DNA from: Desulfobacterales bacterium
GTDB taxonomy: Bacteria > Desulfobacterota > Desulfobacteria > Desulfobacterales > UBA5852
Assembly: GCA_963674755.2 (NCBI GenBank)
Contig: CAXXVS010000001.1
Location: 256,001-320,000 of the forward strand
Direction: 5' to 3'
Length of the DNA stretch: 64,000 nt
Part shown: in pieces, positions 29,948 to 38,422 of the stretch
How the letters are laid out: every line of letters starts with the position of its first letter
Numbering within the stretch: position 1 is the stretch's first letter
Translations under genes and position numbers: made by a program
Notes under the pieces: model-generated
Databases searched by the model: none
What the model was told of the DNA's origin: nothing
Seen by the model: only the letters and a program-made list of their open reading frames with translations

Positions 29948-31339
29948 ATGACAAGGAGATCCGCTTTGGCAACCAATACAACAAGCGCGGCGCCTAACTA
30001 TCTCACAGCCAAGGGGTTCTGCCTGACATCGGCCCTATGGATGACGGTGGCCACCTTTGCCGGCCTGCTGGGCGCCACCGAACTGATCGCGCCGGATTTG
30101 ACCCAGAACATCGGTTGGCTCGTCTTCGGGCGCGTACGCCCGATCCACGTCAACCTGGTGTTGTTCGGCTTTGTCACCCCAGGGCTGCTGGCGGCGGCGT
30201 TCTACTATCTGCCGCGCATCCTGCGCACCGAATTGTTCAGCGAAATGCTGGGCGTGGTCACGGTGGTGCTCTGGAATCTGACCTTGGTCGCCGCGGTGGC
30301 CACCCTGGCCAGCGGATACTCCCAGGGCCGGGAATACGCTGAAATGGTCTGGCCGGTGGACATGGGGGTGGTGCTGGTGTTCAGTCTGGTGCTGGTCAAT
30401 TTCGTCATGACGGTGGTCCGCCGCAAGGAGCCCGTTCTCTATGTGTCGGTGTGGTATGCCTGTGCCGCCGTGATTTTGACGGCGACCACCTTCAGCCTGG
30501 GCAACGTCATCTGGCACCCCGATACCGGGGCGCTGGTGGGGATCCCGGACGCCATTCTGCTGTGGTTTTACGGCCACAATGTCTTCGGATTGCTGCTGAC
30601 GCCCCTGGCCGCCGGGGTGGCTTACTATGTCATTCCCCGGGCCTGCAAGACGCCCCTTTACAGCCATACCCTTTCCCTGCTGGGATTCTGGTCGCTGATC
30701 GTGGTCTACACCCATATCGGCACCCACCACCTGCTACAGGTACCGGTCCCCACCTGGCTCAAGGTCATTTCCATCGTGGACAGCATCGCCATGGTCATCC
30801 CCGTGATGGCCTTCCTGATCAACATCTGGTACACGGCCAAGGGGAAATTGGGCGAAATCCACAACGACGTGGGGGCCAAGTTCGTTTTTACCGGCACGAT
30901 CATGTATTTCTTCGTGAGCATGCAGGGCTCGATCATGGCCCTGCCCCAGGTGCAGCGCATCACCCATTTCAACAACTGGGTGGTGGCCCATGCCCACGTG
31001 GGCGTGCTGGGGTTTGCCGGCATGATCGCCCTGGGGGGCCTCTACTACATTCTGCCCCGCATCACCAACAAGCCGCTCTTCAGCCGTTTTTTGGCGGACT
31101 TTCAGTATTGGATGGTGCTGATCGGCGTGGTGGGATTTACCATCGTGCTGACCATCGCGGGGCTGATCCAGGGCAACGCCTGGTATAACGGCGAAACCGT
31201 CTACCGGGTCCTGGCCGAAATCCATATGTACTATATCGTCCGGGCCTCGCTGGGCCTCATGATTTTTAGTTCGGCCATTCTGGGCCTCTACAACATCGTC
31301 CGAACCCTGTATTTCAATCCGGGAGAGAAGTTGTCATGA
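29948..31339 (+). CDS. ccoN: C-family (cbb3-type) heme-copper oxidase subunit I
   Basis: FGRVRPIHVN, REYAE, WFYGHN, helix VII YTHIGTHH, W..AHAH. An alternative TTG start at 29966 follows AAGGAG. Confidence 0.9.
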   Translation: MTRRSALATNTTSAAPNYLTAKGFCLTSALWMTVATFAGLLGATELIAPDLTQNIGWLVFGRVRPIHVNLVLFGFVTPGLLAAAFYYLPRILRTELFSEMLGVVTVVLWNLTLVAAVATLASGYSQGREYAEMVWPVDMGVVLVFSLVLVNFVMTVVRRKEPVLYVSVWYACAAVILTATTFSLGNVIWHPDTGALVGIPDAILLWFYGHNVFGLLLTPLAAGVAYYVIPRACKTPLYSHTLSLLGFWSLIVVYTHIGTHHLLQVPVPTWLKVISIVDSIAMVIPVMAFLINIWYTAKGKLGEIHNDVGAKFVFTGTIMYFFVSMQGSIMALPQVQRITHFNNWVVAHAHVGVLGFAGMIALGGLYYILPRITNKPLFSRFLADFQYWMVLIGVVGFTIVLTIAGLIQGNAWYNGETVYRVLAEIHMYYIVRASLGLMIFSSAILGLYNIVRTLYFNPGEKLS

Positions 31340-32271
31340 AGATGACGCCCGCCGCGATTCTGATCGGCAGCCTGCTCATATTGGGGACCATCGTGTTCAT
31401 GGTCGTTTATATGCCCTATGCGACTTACGATGACACCCCTTCGGATATTTTCCGTGCACGCACGGCCCAGGAAGCCGCCGGACGCAAGCTTTACATCGCC
31501 AACGGCTGCGTCTACTGCCACAGCCAATCCATCCGGAGCATCGACTGGGGGTTGGGGGCGGAACGGATCGCCCAGGCCGGCGACTATGTCCAGGACCAGC
31601 CCATCCTCCTGGGCTCCCAGCGCACCGGGGTCGATCTGTCCCAGGAAGGCGGCGAGCACCCCGATGACTGGCATGCGGCCCATTTCATGAATCCGCGCTA
31701 TACCCGGCCTTTGTCCATCATGCCGGCCTTTGGGTTCCTGGCCGCGGCCGACATGCTGATCCTGACCAACTATGTCCAAAGCCTGGGACTCAAAGAGGCT
31801 GACCGGCGCGTCGCGCGGCAGAATTTCTGGAAGAAAAAGGCCATCGCCGCCTATGAAAAGGGGGTGCTGGCCAACGCCCGTTGGCTCAACGTGGAGATTG
31901 TCCCGGAAGGCTGGCAAAAGGTCGTCAATCCCTATCCCACGACGCCGGCCGGATTGGCGCGGGGGCGCAAGATCTACCAGGATTTCTGCATCGGCTGCCA
32001 TGGTCCGGTGGGGGACGGCATGGGGCCGGCCCAGCCCTGGATCTACCCGCCGCCCCTAAATTTCACGGTCGTTCGACAGCGCGGCATCTCCGGCGGGATT
32101 CTCTACTATCACATCATGAACGGCATCACCGGTACGGCCATGCCCTATTTCAAACGCGATCTGGAATCTCAGAAGATCTGGGAGGTGGGCAATTTCGTGG
32201 CGGTCAACTTCATCAACCAGAGCGATGCCAACACGGCGCCGCGCGGCATCGATTCCGCCTGGGAGCCCTGA
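31336..32271 (+). CDS. ccoO: cbb3-type oxidase subunit II with an extra C-terminal cytochrome c domain (diheme)
   Basis: GRKLY..NGCVYCHSQ.IR, GSQRTG.DL, SIMP. Second domain GRKIY...CIGCHG...G.G with AMP Met ligand. Confidence 0.88.
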   Translation: MKMTPAAILIGSLLILGTIVFMVVYMPYATYDDTPSDIFRARTAQEAAGRKLYIANGCVYCHSQSIRSIDWGLGAERIAQAGDYVQDQPILLGSQRTGVDLSQEGGEHPDDWHAAHFMNPRYTRPLSIMPAFGFLAAADMLILTNYVQSLGLKEADRRVARQNFWKKKAIAAYEKGVLANARWLNVEIVPEGWQKVVNPYPTTPAGLARGRKIYQDFCIGCHGPVGDGMGPAQPWIYPPPLNFTVVRQRGISGGILYYHIMNGITGTAMPYFKRDLESQKIWEVGNFVAVNFINQSDANTAPRGIDSAWEP

Positions 32272-32273
32272 CG

Positions 32274-32534
32274 ATGTATTACCCTTATTTTTTAACCTAT
32301 ATGGCCGTGGGCTTCGGGATCACGCTGATCGTCTTCATCTGGGCGCTGAACAACGGCCAGTTCAAGGAGCAGCAGCGGGCCCGCTATCTTCCCCTGCATG
32401 ACGCGCCCGATCCGCCGCCGGTCAAGCCGTCGCGGTTTATCCGCCTGGAGATGCTCGTCCTTTTCACCATGGCGGCTTTGGGGTTGGCCGCCAGTGGGGC
32501 CGTTATTATCTTCGCTCTTATCCATGGCAGCTGA
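32274..32534 (+). CDS. ccoS: cbb3 oxidase maturation protein CcoS-like
   Basis: FIWALNNGQFKE matches the FxWxxxxGQFxD pattern. Extra C-terminal TM. Confidence 0.8.
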   Translation: MYYPYFLTYMAVGFGITLIVFIWALNNGQFKEQQRARYLPLHDAPDPPPVKPSRFIRLEMLVLFTMAALGLAASGAVIIFALIHGS

Positions 32535-32542
32535 GGTGATCC

Positions 32543-32818
32543 ATGCGATTATTCGCCTTATCCAATTTTCAGGACATCATCCTCTATCTTTTCCCGACGC
32601 TGATCTTCATGATCCTGTTCGGCGCGGGGCTGGCCTATACCCGTTTCCAGCGGAAAGACGACCGGCAGCGCGAGGAGACCGTCATCTATCGTTTCCCGAG
32701 CGGCATTGAAGATCGGGATGCGCCCTTCCCCCTGATGATGATCCTGATCATCGTGGGGACGGTATTGTGGGCCTTTTTCTACATTCTGATGCACGGCTTG
32801 CTGGGAGTGAAAATCTGA
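32543..32818 (+). CDS. small 2-TM protein resembling the CcoP N-terminal membrane region
   Basis: GAGGTG RBS. GIEDRDAPFP...T..W..FY resembles the CcoP-N pattern GIxExDNPxP...TI.F...Y. Confidence 0.7.
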   Translation: MRLFALSNFQDIILYLFPTLIFMILFGAGLAYTRFQRKDDRQREETVIYRFPSGIEDRDAPFPLMMILIIVGTVLWAFFYILMHGLLGVKI

Positions 32819-32819
32819 T

Positions 32820-33047
32820 ATGGACCGTCACCTGCACAAAGAATCGATCCTCAAGACTTGGCTGGTGGTATTCGGCCTGATGGCTCTCATCCTGGGCAAA
32901 GGCTTTTTTTCATTCTTTGTCGTTTCCGATTTGGGGCCGCCCGACTGGGACTACCGGCCGGTGATGGATGTGCCCGCGGAATCGCCCTACGCCATCTACC
33001 AGAAACTGCTCTACCCGCAGCACGTCCGGGGCGCCAAGGGGGAGTGA
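32820..33047 (+). CDS. small 1-TM hypothetical protein
   Basis: Abuts both neighbours (1-nt and 0-nt gaps); one hydrophobic helix. Confidence 0.7.
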   Translation: MDRHLHKESILKTWLVVFGLMALILGKGFFSFFVVSDLGPPDWDYRPVMDVPAESPYAIYQKLLYPQHVRGAKGE

Positions 33048-33569
33048 ATGAAGAAGAACCTGATTATTATCTTCGGGGCCCTGGCCGTTTTTTTCGGTGT
33101 CTACTCCAGCCTGACGATCCAGGACACCTATTTCAAATGGGGCCGTATGTGGCAGACACCGGCCGTGCGGCCCTATGAGGAGCCTTTGTTGGTGATGAAG
33201 GCGGACGTGGTGCCGGTCAGCGGTGGAGAGGCCCTTTACCGCACGGCGGATCCCGCCACCCTTTTGTCACCCTTTGACGGGCGCTCGCCCGAGATCATTG
33301 CCGAGGGCCAGAAAGCGTACTTCACCTATTGCCAGCAATGCCACGGCGTCCACCAGGACGGTCAGGGGACGGTGGGCCAGAGCTTCGTCCCCCTGCCCAC
33401 GGACCTGCGCATTCCCCGCGTTCAGCAGATGGAGGACGGTCTGATGTTCAAGGAGATCAGCTACGGCGTCGATCGGCCCGGTGCCCGCCAGCCCGCCCTG
33501 GCCACGACCATTTTCCCAGATGACCGCTGGAAGATCGTCCACTATGTCAAGTCGCTGGGGGTGCGTTGA
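33048..33569 (+). CDS. monoheme cytochrome c, ActE-like
   Basis: N-terminal TM, GRM..TP.VRPYE, G..AY..YCQQCHG, DRWKIVHYV. Confidence 0.8.
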   Translation: MKKNLIIIFGALAVFFGVYSSLTIQDTYFKWGRMWQTPAVRPYEEPLLVMKADVVPVSGGEALYRTADPATLLSPFDGRSPEIIAEGQKAYFTYCQQCHGVHQDGQGTVGQSFVPLPTDLRIPRVQQMEDGLMFKEISYGVDRPGARQPALATTIFPDDRWKIVHYVKSLGVR

Positions 33570-33722
33570 CCGGCGGCATGGGATTCACCCTTCCTTCCCG
33601 CATGCTCTGCGTTTCATGACAACCTTTTCATCCGGATCGTATCCGCCGCCGGCGGAATTCAAGATGATGTCCTGCCCGACGGCCCGGGGCGGAGTTTGCG
33701 GCCCGGACGGAAGGGGTGCGCC

Positions 33723-36242
33723 ATGAGCAGTACCCCCGAGGTCTGCGCGCTTTGCGGCCTGCCGTTGCGCTACGGACGGTGTGTCGGGCAGCACGGCGAT
33801 CGTGAGCTGCATTTCTGCTGCCAGGGCTGTCGCCAGGTCTACAGCGTGCTGGCCGAAGCTGCCGATGCCGGCGATCCGGCCGATTTCCGCCATACGACAT
33901 TGTTTCAGCGTTGTGTGGCCATGGGCATCATCCCCAGCTCGGAAGAAGCGCTGGCCGCGGCCCACGCCGCCGTGCGGGACGATGCGCGCCAAGGGGCGCC
34001 ACCCTCCACGGTCGAACGGGAAGATTTTCTGACCCTGCATCTGGCGGTCAGCGGGATGTGGTGCCCGGCCTGCGCCTGGGTCATCGAAGAGGCCTTGCGC
34101 AAGCAGTCCGGTATCGACCAGGCCCACTGCAATTTTTCCACCGACCGCCTGCGCTGCACCTACGACCCCACGCGCACCGCCCCCGACCGGATCCAGACGA
34201 TTGTCCGGAAACTGGGCTATCATGCGGATCTCCCGGACACCATGCGGACGGATCGCGAACGTCGCCGGGCGTTCGTGCGGTTCGCGGTTTCGACCTTCCT
34301 GACCATGAATGTGATGATGCTGGCCTTGGCCCTGTACACCGGTTTTTTCACCGCCTTGGAGAAGGAGGCCGTGTGGAAGATTTCCTGGCCCATGTTTATG
34401 ATGGCCACGGTGGTCATGGGCTATGGGGGGTTGCCGCTGTTTCACAAGGGACTCTCCGGGATTCTGGCCGGCCAGGCGGGTATGGAAGCGCTGGTCGGCA
34501 TCGGTGCCCTCAGCGCCTATGGGTATAGTGTGGTCAACCTGCTCCAAGGGAGCCTCCATCTTTATTTCGATACGGCCTGCATGCTGATCGTCTTGGTGCA
34601 GCTGGGCAAACTCCTGGAGGGGTGGGCCAAGAACCGGATTCAGGAAGACCTGGGCCATTACTACGCCCTGATGCCGGCCAAAGTCCGGTTTTGCCGTGAC
34701 ATCGACGACCAGGGCCGCTATGTGGCTGCGGAGATGCTGCAAAGCGGGGATCTGTTTCGGGTGACGGAAGGGGAGACATTGCCGGCCGACGGTCTGATCG
34801 CGCGGGGGCGGGGCCTGGTGGATGCCTCGTCCCTGACCGGGGAGGCCCGGCCGCTGCCCAAAGCCGCGGGCGATCGGCTGGTGAGCGGCACACGGGTGGT
34901 GGCGGGACGGTTTGTCGTGCGGGCCGAGGAAGTGGGCCGGGAGGCCATGCTGGGCCAGATGCTGCGCATCATGGATGGTGCGCTGGGCCGCAAGATTGCC
35001 GTGGAGGGACGCACGGACCGTATTCTGCGGATTTTCGTACCTGTCATGGTAGGGCTCGCCGCAGGGACCGCCCTGGTGCTTTTGATGCGTGGCGCGGCCT
35101 TCGAAACGGCTTTTGTGCGTGGTCTGACGGTGCTGGTCATTTCCTGCCCCTGCGCCCTGGGGGTGGCCGTGCCCCTGGCCCGGGTAGCGGGGGTGACCCT
35201 GGCCGCCCGCAAGGGCATTCTGGTCCAGGAATTCGCCGCCTTCGATCTGGCCCAGCGAATCGATACGGTGGTCTTCGATAAGACCGGCACCCTGACCCGC
35301 GGCAATTGGCAATTGCAGACGATTGTCAGCTTGTCTGCCCTGGATGAGAAGACCGTTTTAGGGGTAACGGCCGGGCTGGAGCAGCAGGTGGACCACGTGA
35401 TTGCAGTGGAGATTCGGCGGGCGGCCAAAGCCAGACAAATCGCGCCCCTCGTGGTCTCCACCGTAACCGCCCACGAACAGGGCCTGAGCGGCCGCTGGGA
35501 TGGGCGGGCGGTGCGATTGGGCAGCGCAAATTTCGTGGGGGCTGGTCCGGAGGAATCAAAGAACAGGGCAACGCCGGCGGGCGATGACCGCGCCGTGACC
35601 TCCTGGATTTTCCTGTCGGTGGACGACCGGATCGTGGCCCGTCTGGGCTTCGGGGATCGGTTGAAGCCCAGTGCCGCAGCGGCGGTACGCCGGATGCGGT
35701 CCCGGGGGCTGGCGCTCAGGCTGGTTTCGGGCGACAGCCAGAACGCGGTCCAACAGGTGGGGGGCCGCTTGGCCTTCCCCGATGCGCGCGGGGATCAACG
35801 CCCGCTCCCAAAAGCCCATTTTATCGAAGCTCTGCGCCGGGAAGGCGCTATCGTGGCCATGGTGGGCGACGGCATCAACGATGCCCCGGCCCTGGCCGCG
35901 GCGGATTTGAGTGTGGCGATCTTTGCCGGACGCCAACTGGGCAGGGAGGCCCAGGCCGTAACCCTCATGCAGGGCGATCCGCTCCAACTGGAGACGTTTC
36001 TGGCTTTCGCCGAGCGCGTCAACCGGAAAATCCAGCAAAATCTATGGGGTTCCTTGATCTACAATGTGATCAGCATTCCCATCGCCATGACCGGCTGGCT
36101 TTCACCCCTGGTGGCGGTGGGGGCCATGTTGCTGAGCAGTCTCAGTGTCACCGGCAATACCTTGCTGCTGGTTCACAGCGAAAGGCGTACGATTCCCTCG
36201 GCGAGCGACGACCCCGGAACCCTGCGCGAGGCTCAAGACTAA
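33723..36242 (+). CDS. ccoI: P1B-type Cu-ATPase, CcoI/FixI type
   Basis: CALC...FCCQGC, MWCPAC metal-binding domain, TGE, TM CPC, DKTGT, GDGINDAP, YN and MLLSS. Confidence 0.9.
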   Translation: MSSTPEVCALCGLPLRYGRCVGQHGDRELHFCCQGCRQVYSVLAEAADAGDPADFRHTTLFQRCVAMGIIPSSEEALAAAHAAVRDDARQGAPPSTVEREDFLTLHLAVSGMWCPACAWVIEEALRKQSGIDQAHCNFSTDRLRCTYDPTRTAPDRIQTIVRKLGYHADLPDTMRTDRERRRAFVRFAVSTFLTMNVMMLALALYTGFFTALEKEAVWKISWPMFMMATVVMGYGGLPLFHKGLSGILAGQAGMEALVGIGALSAYGYSVVNLLQGSLHLYFDTACMLIVLVQLGKLLEGWAKNRIQEDLGHYYALMPAKVRFCRDIDDQGRYVAAEMLQSGDLFRVTEGETLPADGLIARGRGLVDASSLTGEARPLPKAAGDRLVSGTRVVAGRFVVRAEEVGREAMLGQMLRIMDGALGRKIAVEGRTDRILRIFVPVMVGLAAGTALVLLMRGAAFETAFVRGLTVLVISCPCALGVAVPLARVAGVTLAARKGILVQEFAAFDLAQRIDTVVFDKTGTLTRGNWQLQTIVSLSALDEKTVLGVTAGLEQQVDHVIAVEIRRAAKARQIAPLVVSTVTAHEQGLSGRWDGRAVRLGSANFVGAGPEESKNRATPAGDDRAVTSWIFLSVDDRIVARLGFGDRLKPSAAAAVRRMRSRGLALRLVSGDSQNAVQQVGGRLAFPDARGDQRPLPKAHFIEALRREGAIVAMVGDGINDAPALAAADLSVAIFAGRQLGREAQAVTLMQGDPLQLETFLAFAERVNRKIQQNLWGSLIYNVISIPIAMTGWLSPLVAVGAMLLSSLSVTGNTLLLVHSERRTIPSASDDPGTLREAQD

Positions 36243-36320
36243 AAAGACGATGCCGCACGGGGACGGGATATGGGGTTTTCCCGCAGCGGCGGCTCAATAT
36301 AGCGGAAAGGAAAAGAGGGG

Positions 36321-37091
36321 ATGCCGGAAAATGTAACCATCAATGCGGACCGTGATGAACTGGCCCGGTTCGAGGCGGCCGCCTCAGGGTGGTGGTCCGG
36401 TGGCAAAGCGTTCCAGGCCCTGCACGATATCAACCCCCTGCGCCTGAAGTTTATCCGGCAGCGGGTCGACCTGGCCGGATGCGCCGTGGTGGACGTGGGG
36501 TGCGGCGGCGGTATTTTGAGCGAGGCCCTGGCGGCGGCGGGTGGTCGGGTTACCGGCATCGATCTCGGCCGGGCCGCCCTGGCGGCCGCCCAAGACCACC
36601 GCAAGGTGTCCGGCCTGCCCATCACCTACCGGCTGATCGATGCCGAGACGCTGGCCGGCCAACATCCGGGAGTTTTCGACGTGGTGGTCTGCATGGAGCT
36701 TCTGGAACATGTTCCCGACCCGTCTTCCGTCGTGCGGGCCTGTGCACGCCTGGCCAAACCCGGAGGGCATCTTTTTTTTGCCACCCTCAACCGCACCCCC
36801 CTCTCTTTTCTCCTGGCGATTCTCATGGCCGAACGGATTTTGCGCATCGTCCCCAACGGCACCCACCACTATGCACGCTTCGTCTCCCCCAGGGAACTGG
36901 CGGACTGGGCCGGCCGCAACGGGCTGTGCGCGCCCGAATTCAGGGGCATGCTGTATCTCCCGTTTTTGCGCCGGACGACCCTCATCAAGAGCACGGCCGT
37001 CAATTACCTGGCCCATTTCCGCCGTCGGCATTTTTCTCCTGACCCTCCGTTGACCGGATCTTCCGAATCCTCTATAGTAATCGACTTTTGA
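36321..37091 (+). CDS. ubiG: UbiG-family O-methyltransferase
   Basis: WW....F.ALH.INPLRL.FI, VDVGCGGGILSE, CMELLEHVPDP, TLNRT, P.GTH.Y. Confidence 0.88.
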   Translation: MPENVTINADRDELARFEAAASGWWSGGKAFQALHDINPLRLKFIRQRVDLAGCAVVDVGCGGGILSEALAAAGGRVTGIDLGRAALAAAQDHRKVSGLPITYRLIDAETLAGQHPGVFDVVVCMELLEHVPDPSSVVRACARLAKPGGHLFFATLNRTPLSFLLAILMAERILRIVPNGTHHYARFVSPRELADWAGRNGLCAPEFRGMLYLPFLRRTTLIKSTAVNYLAHFRRRHFSPDPPLTGSSESSIVIDF

Positions 37092-37171
37092 ACGGGTTTC
37101 GAAGACACGGCCGCTACCTCAAACAGGCCGTGATGGACTGCGGGAATCGAATGCCGTCTGGATGACGGGGA

Positions 37172-38338
37172 ATGGAAAAGACCATGGGAACGCTGAAAAC
37201 GATTGTATCGCGCCCCCTGCTGCTGATGGTGGCGGGTGCCAGGGGCGCCATCGGCTCGACCCTGGCGGTGGCCAGCCATATGCTGCGGCAACGGCCCGAC
37301 TTAATCGCGCCTTATCTGACTTCAACCCGTTTGTGGGATGATGAAGGGACCGCCGGGGCGATTCATGTGGCGGGCTGGGATGTCAACCCGGATGCCATGA
37401 GCGATGTCCTGGAACGGCATGGCGTGGTGCCTGAAAGCCTGTGGCGGGGTATTGAGGATCAATTGAACCATCTGCCCATCGTGCCGCCACCGGACGGAAC
37501 CCAGCCCCTGAACGCCCAGGTCGATCAGGTGATGGGGGATATGGCGGCCTTCCGCCAGGCCTGCCCGGAAGCCCAGCCGGTGCTGGTCAACCTGCTGCCG
37601 GCCTGCCCGGGTTGTGCCCTGTCGGGCAAGGGGGGCGGCGAGGATCGGAGCACGGCGCACTTTCCCGATCTGATCTATGCCCGGGCGGCGATTCGATCAG
37701 GGATCCCGGTGGTCAACTTCACGCCAAATGCCTTGGGGGATGACGACCTCGTGGCGCTGGCCGCCGAGCAGGGCCTGCCCCTGGTGGGACGCGACGGCAA
37801 AACCGGCCAGACCTTCTTCAAGGTGGTCCTGGCCTCGGCCCTCAAAGCGCGCCACCTCAAGGTGGACGGCTGGTACAGTCTGAACATCCTCGGCAACGCG
37901 GACGGGCGCAACCTGATGGATCCGGACTGCGCCCGCGGGAAACTGGCCAATAAGACCGAGCTGCTGGATGAGGTGCTGGGCTACCGTGTAGGGGGCGCCT
38001 ATGGCGAAAGCGCCCACAAGGTGCATATCGATTACTACCCGCCGCGGGGAGACGCCAAGGAGGCCTGGGACGTCATCGACATCAAGGGCCTTTTCGGACT
38101 CCCCATGAGCATCCGCGTCAATTTGCAGGGCCGGGATTCCATCCTGGCAGCCCCCATGGTGCTGGACCTGGCGCGCTGGGTGGTGCTGCTCCAGGCCGCC
38201 GGGCGCGGCGGGGCCGTTGCAGAGCTGGGCTTCTTTTTCAAAAAGCCCGAGGGCGAACAGGCCGCGGCAACCTTTGAGGACCAATTGCGGCAGCTAACCG
38301 AACTGGAAGGGTTCTGCCGCCAACAACTGGCCGGCTGA
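37172..38338 (+). CDS. ino1: myo-inositol-1(3)-phosphate synthase
   Basis: N-terminal Rossmann GARGAIGST, DGKTGQT, SLNILGN.DG, K.AWD, DSILAAP..LDL. Confidence 0.85.
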   Translation: MEKTMGTLKTIVSRPLLLMVAGARGAIGSTLAVASHMLRQRPDLIAPYLTSTRLWDDEGTAGAIHVAGWDVNPDAMSDVLERHGVVPESLWRGIEDQLNHLPIVPPPDGTQPLNAQVDQVMGDMAAFRQACPEAQPVLVNLLPACPGCALSGKGGGEDRSTAHFPDLIYARAAIRSGIPVVNFTPNALGDDDLVALAAEQGLPLVGRDGKTGQTFFKVVLASALKARHLKVDGWYSLNILGNADGRNLMDPDCARGKLANKTELLDEVLGYRVGGAYGESAHKVHIDYYPPRGDAKEAWDVIDIKGLFGLPMSIRVNLQGRDSILAAPMVLDLARWVVLLQAAGRGGAVAELGFFFKKPEGEQAAATFEDQLRQLTELEGFCRQQLAG

Positions 38339-38422
38339 GGCTTTTACCATCACGATCGTGACAAGCTGGTGCAACCCCTATGGGAACGATCGTCGAGAGG
38401 CAAGCCCCGCGAGGAGATTATC

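Noticed and set aside
29948..31339. Nitric oxide reductase NorB
   Set aside because: WxYGHN, the helix VII Tyr before GxHH, and the ccoO/ccoS/ccoI neighbours indicate a C-family O2 reductase.
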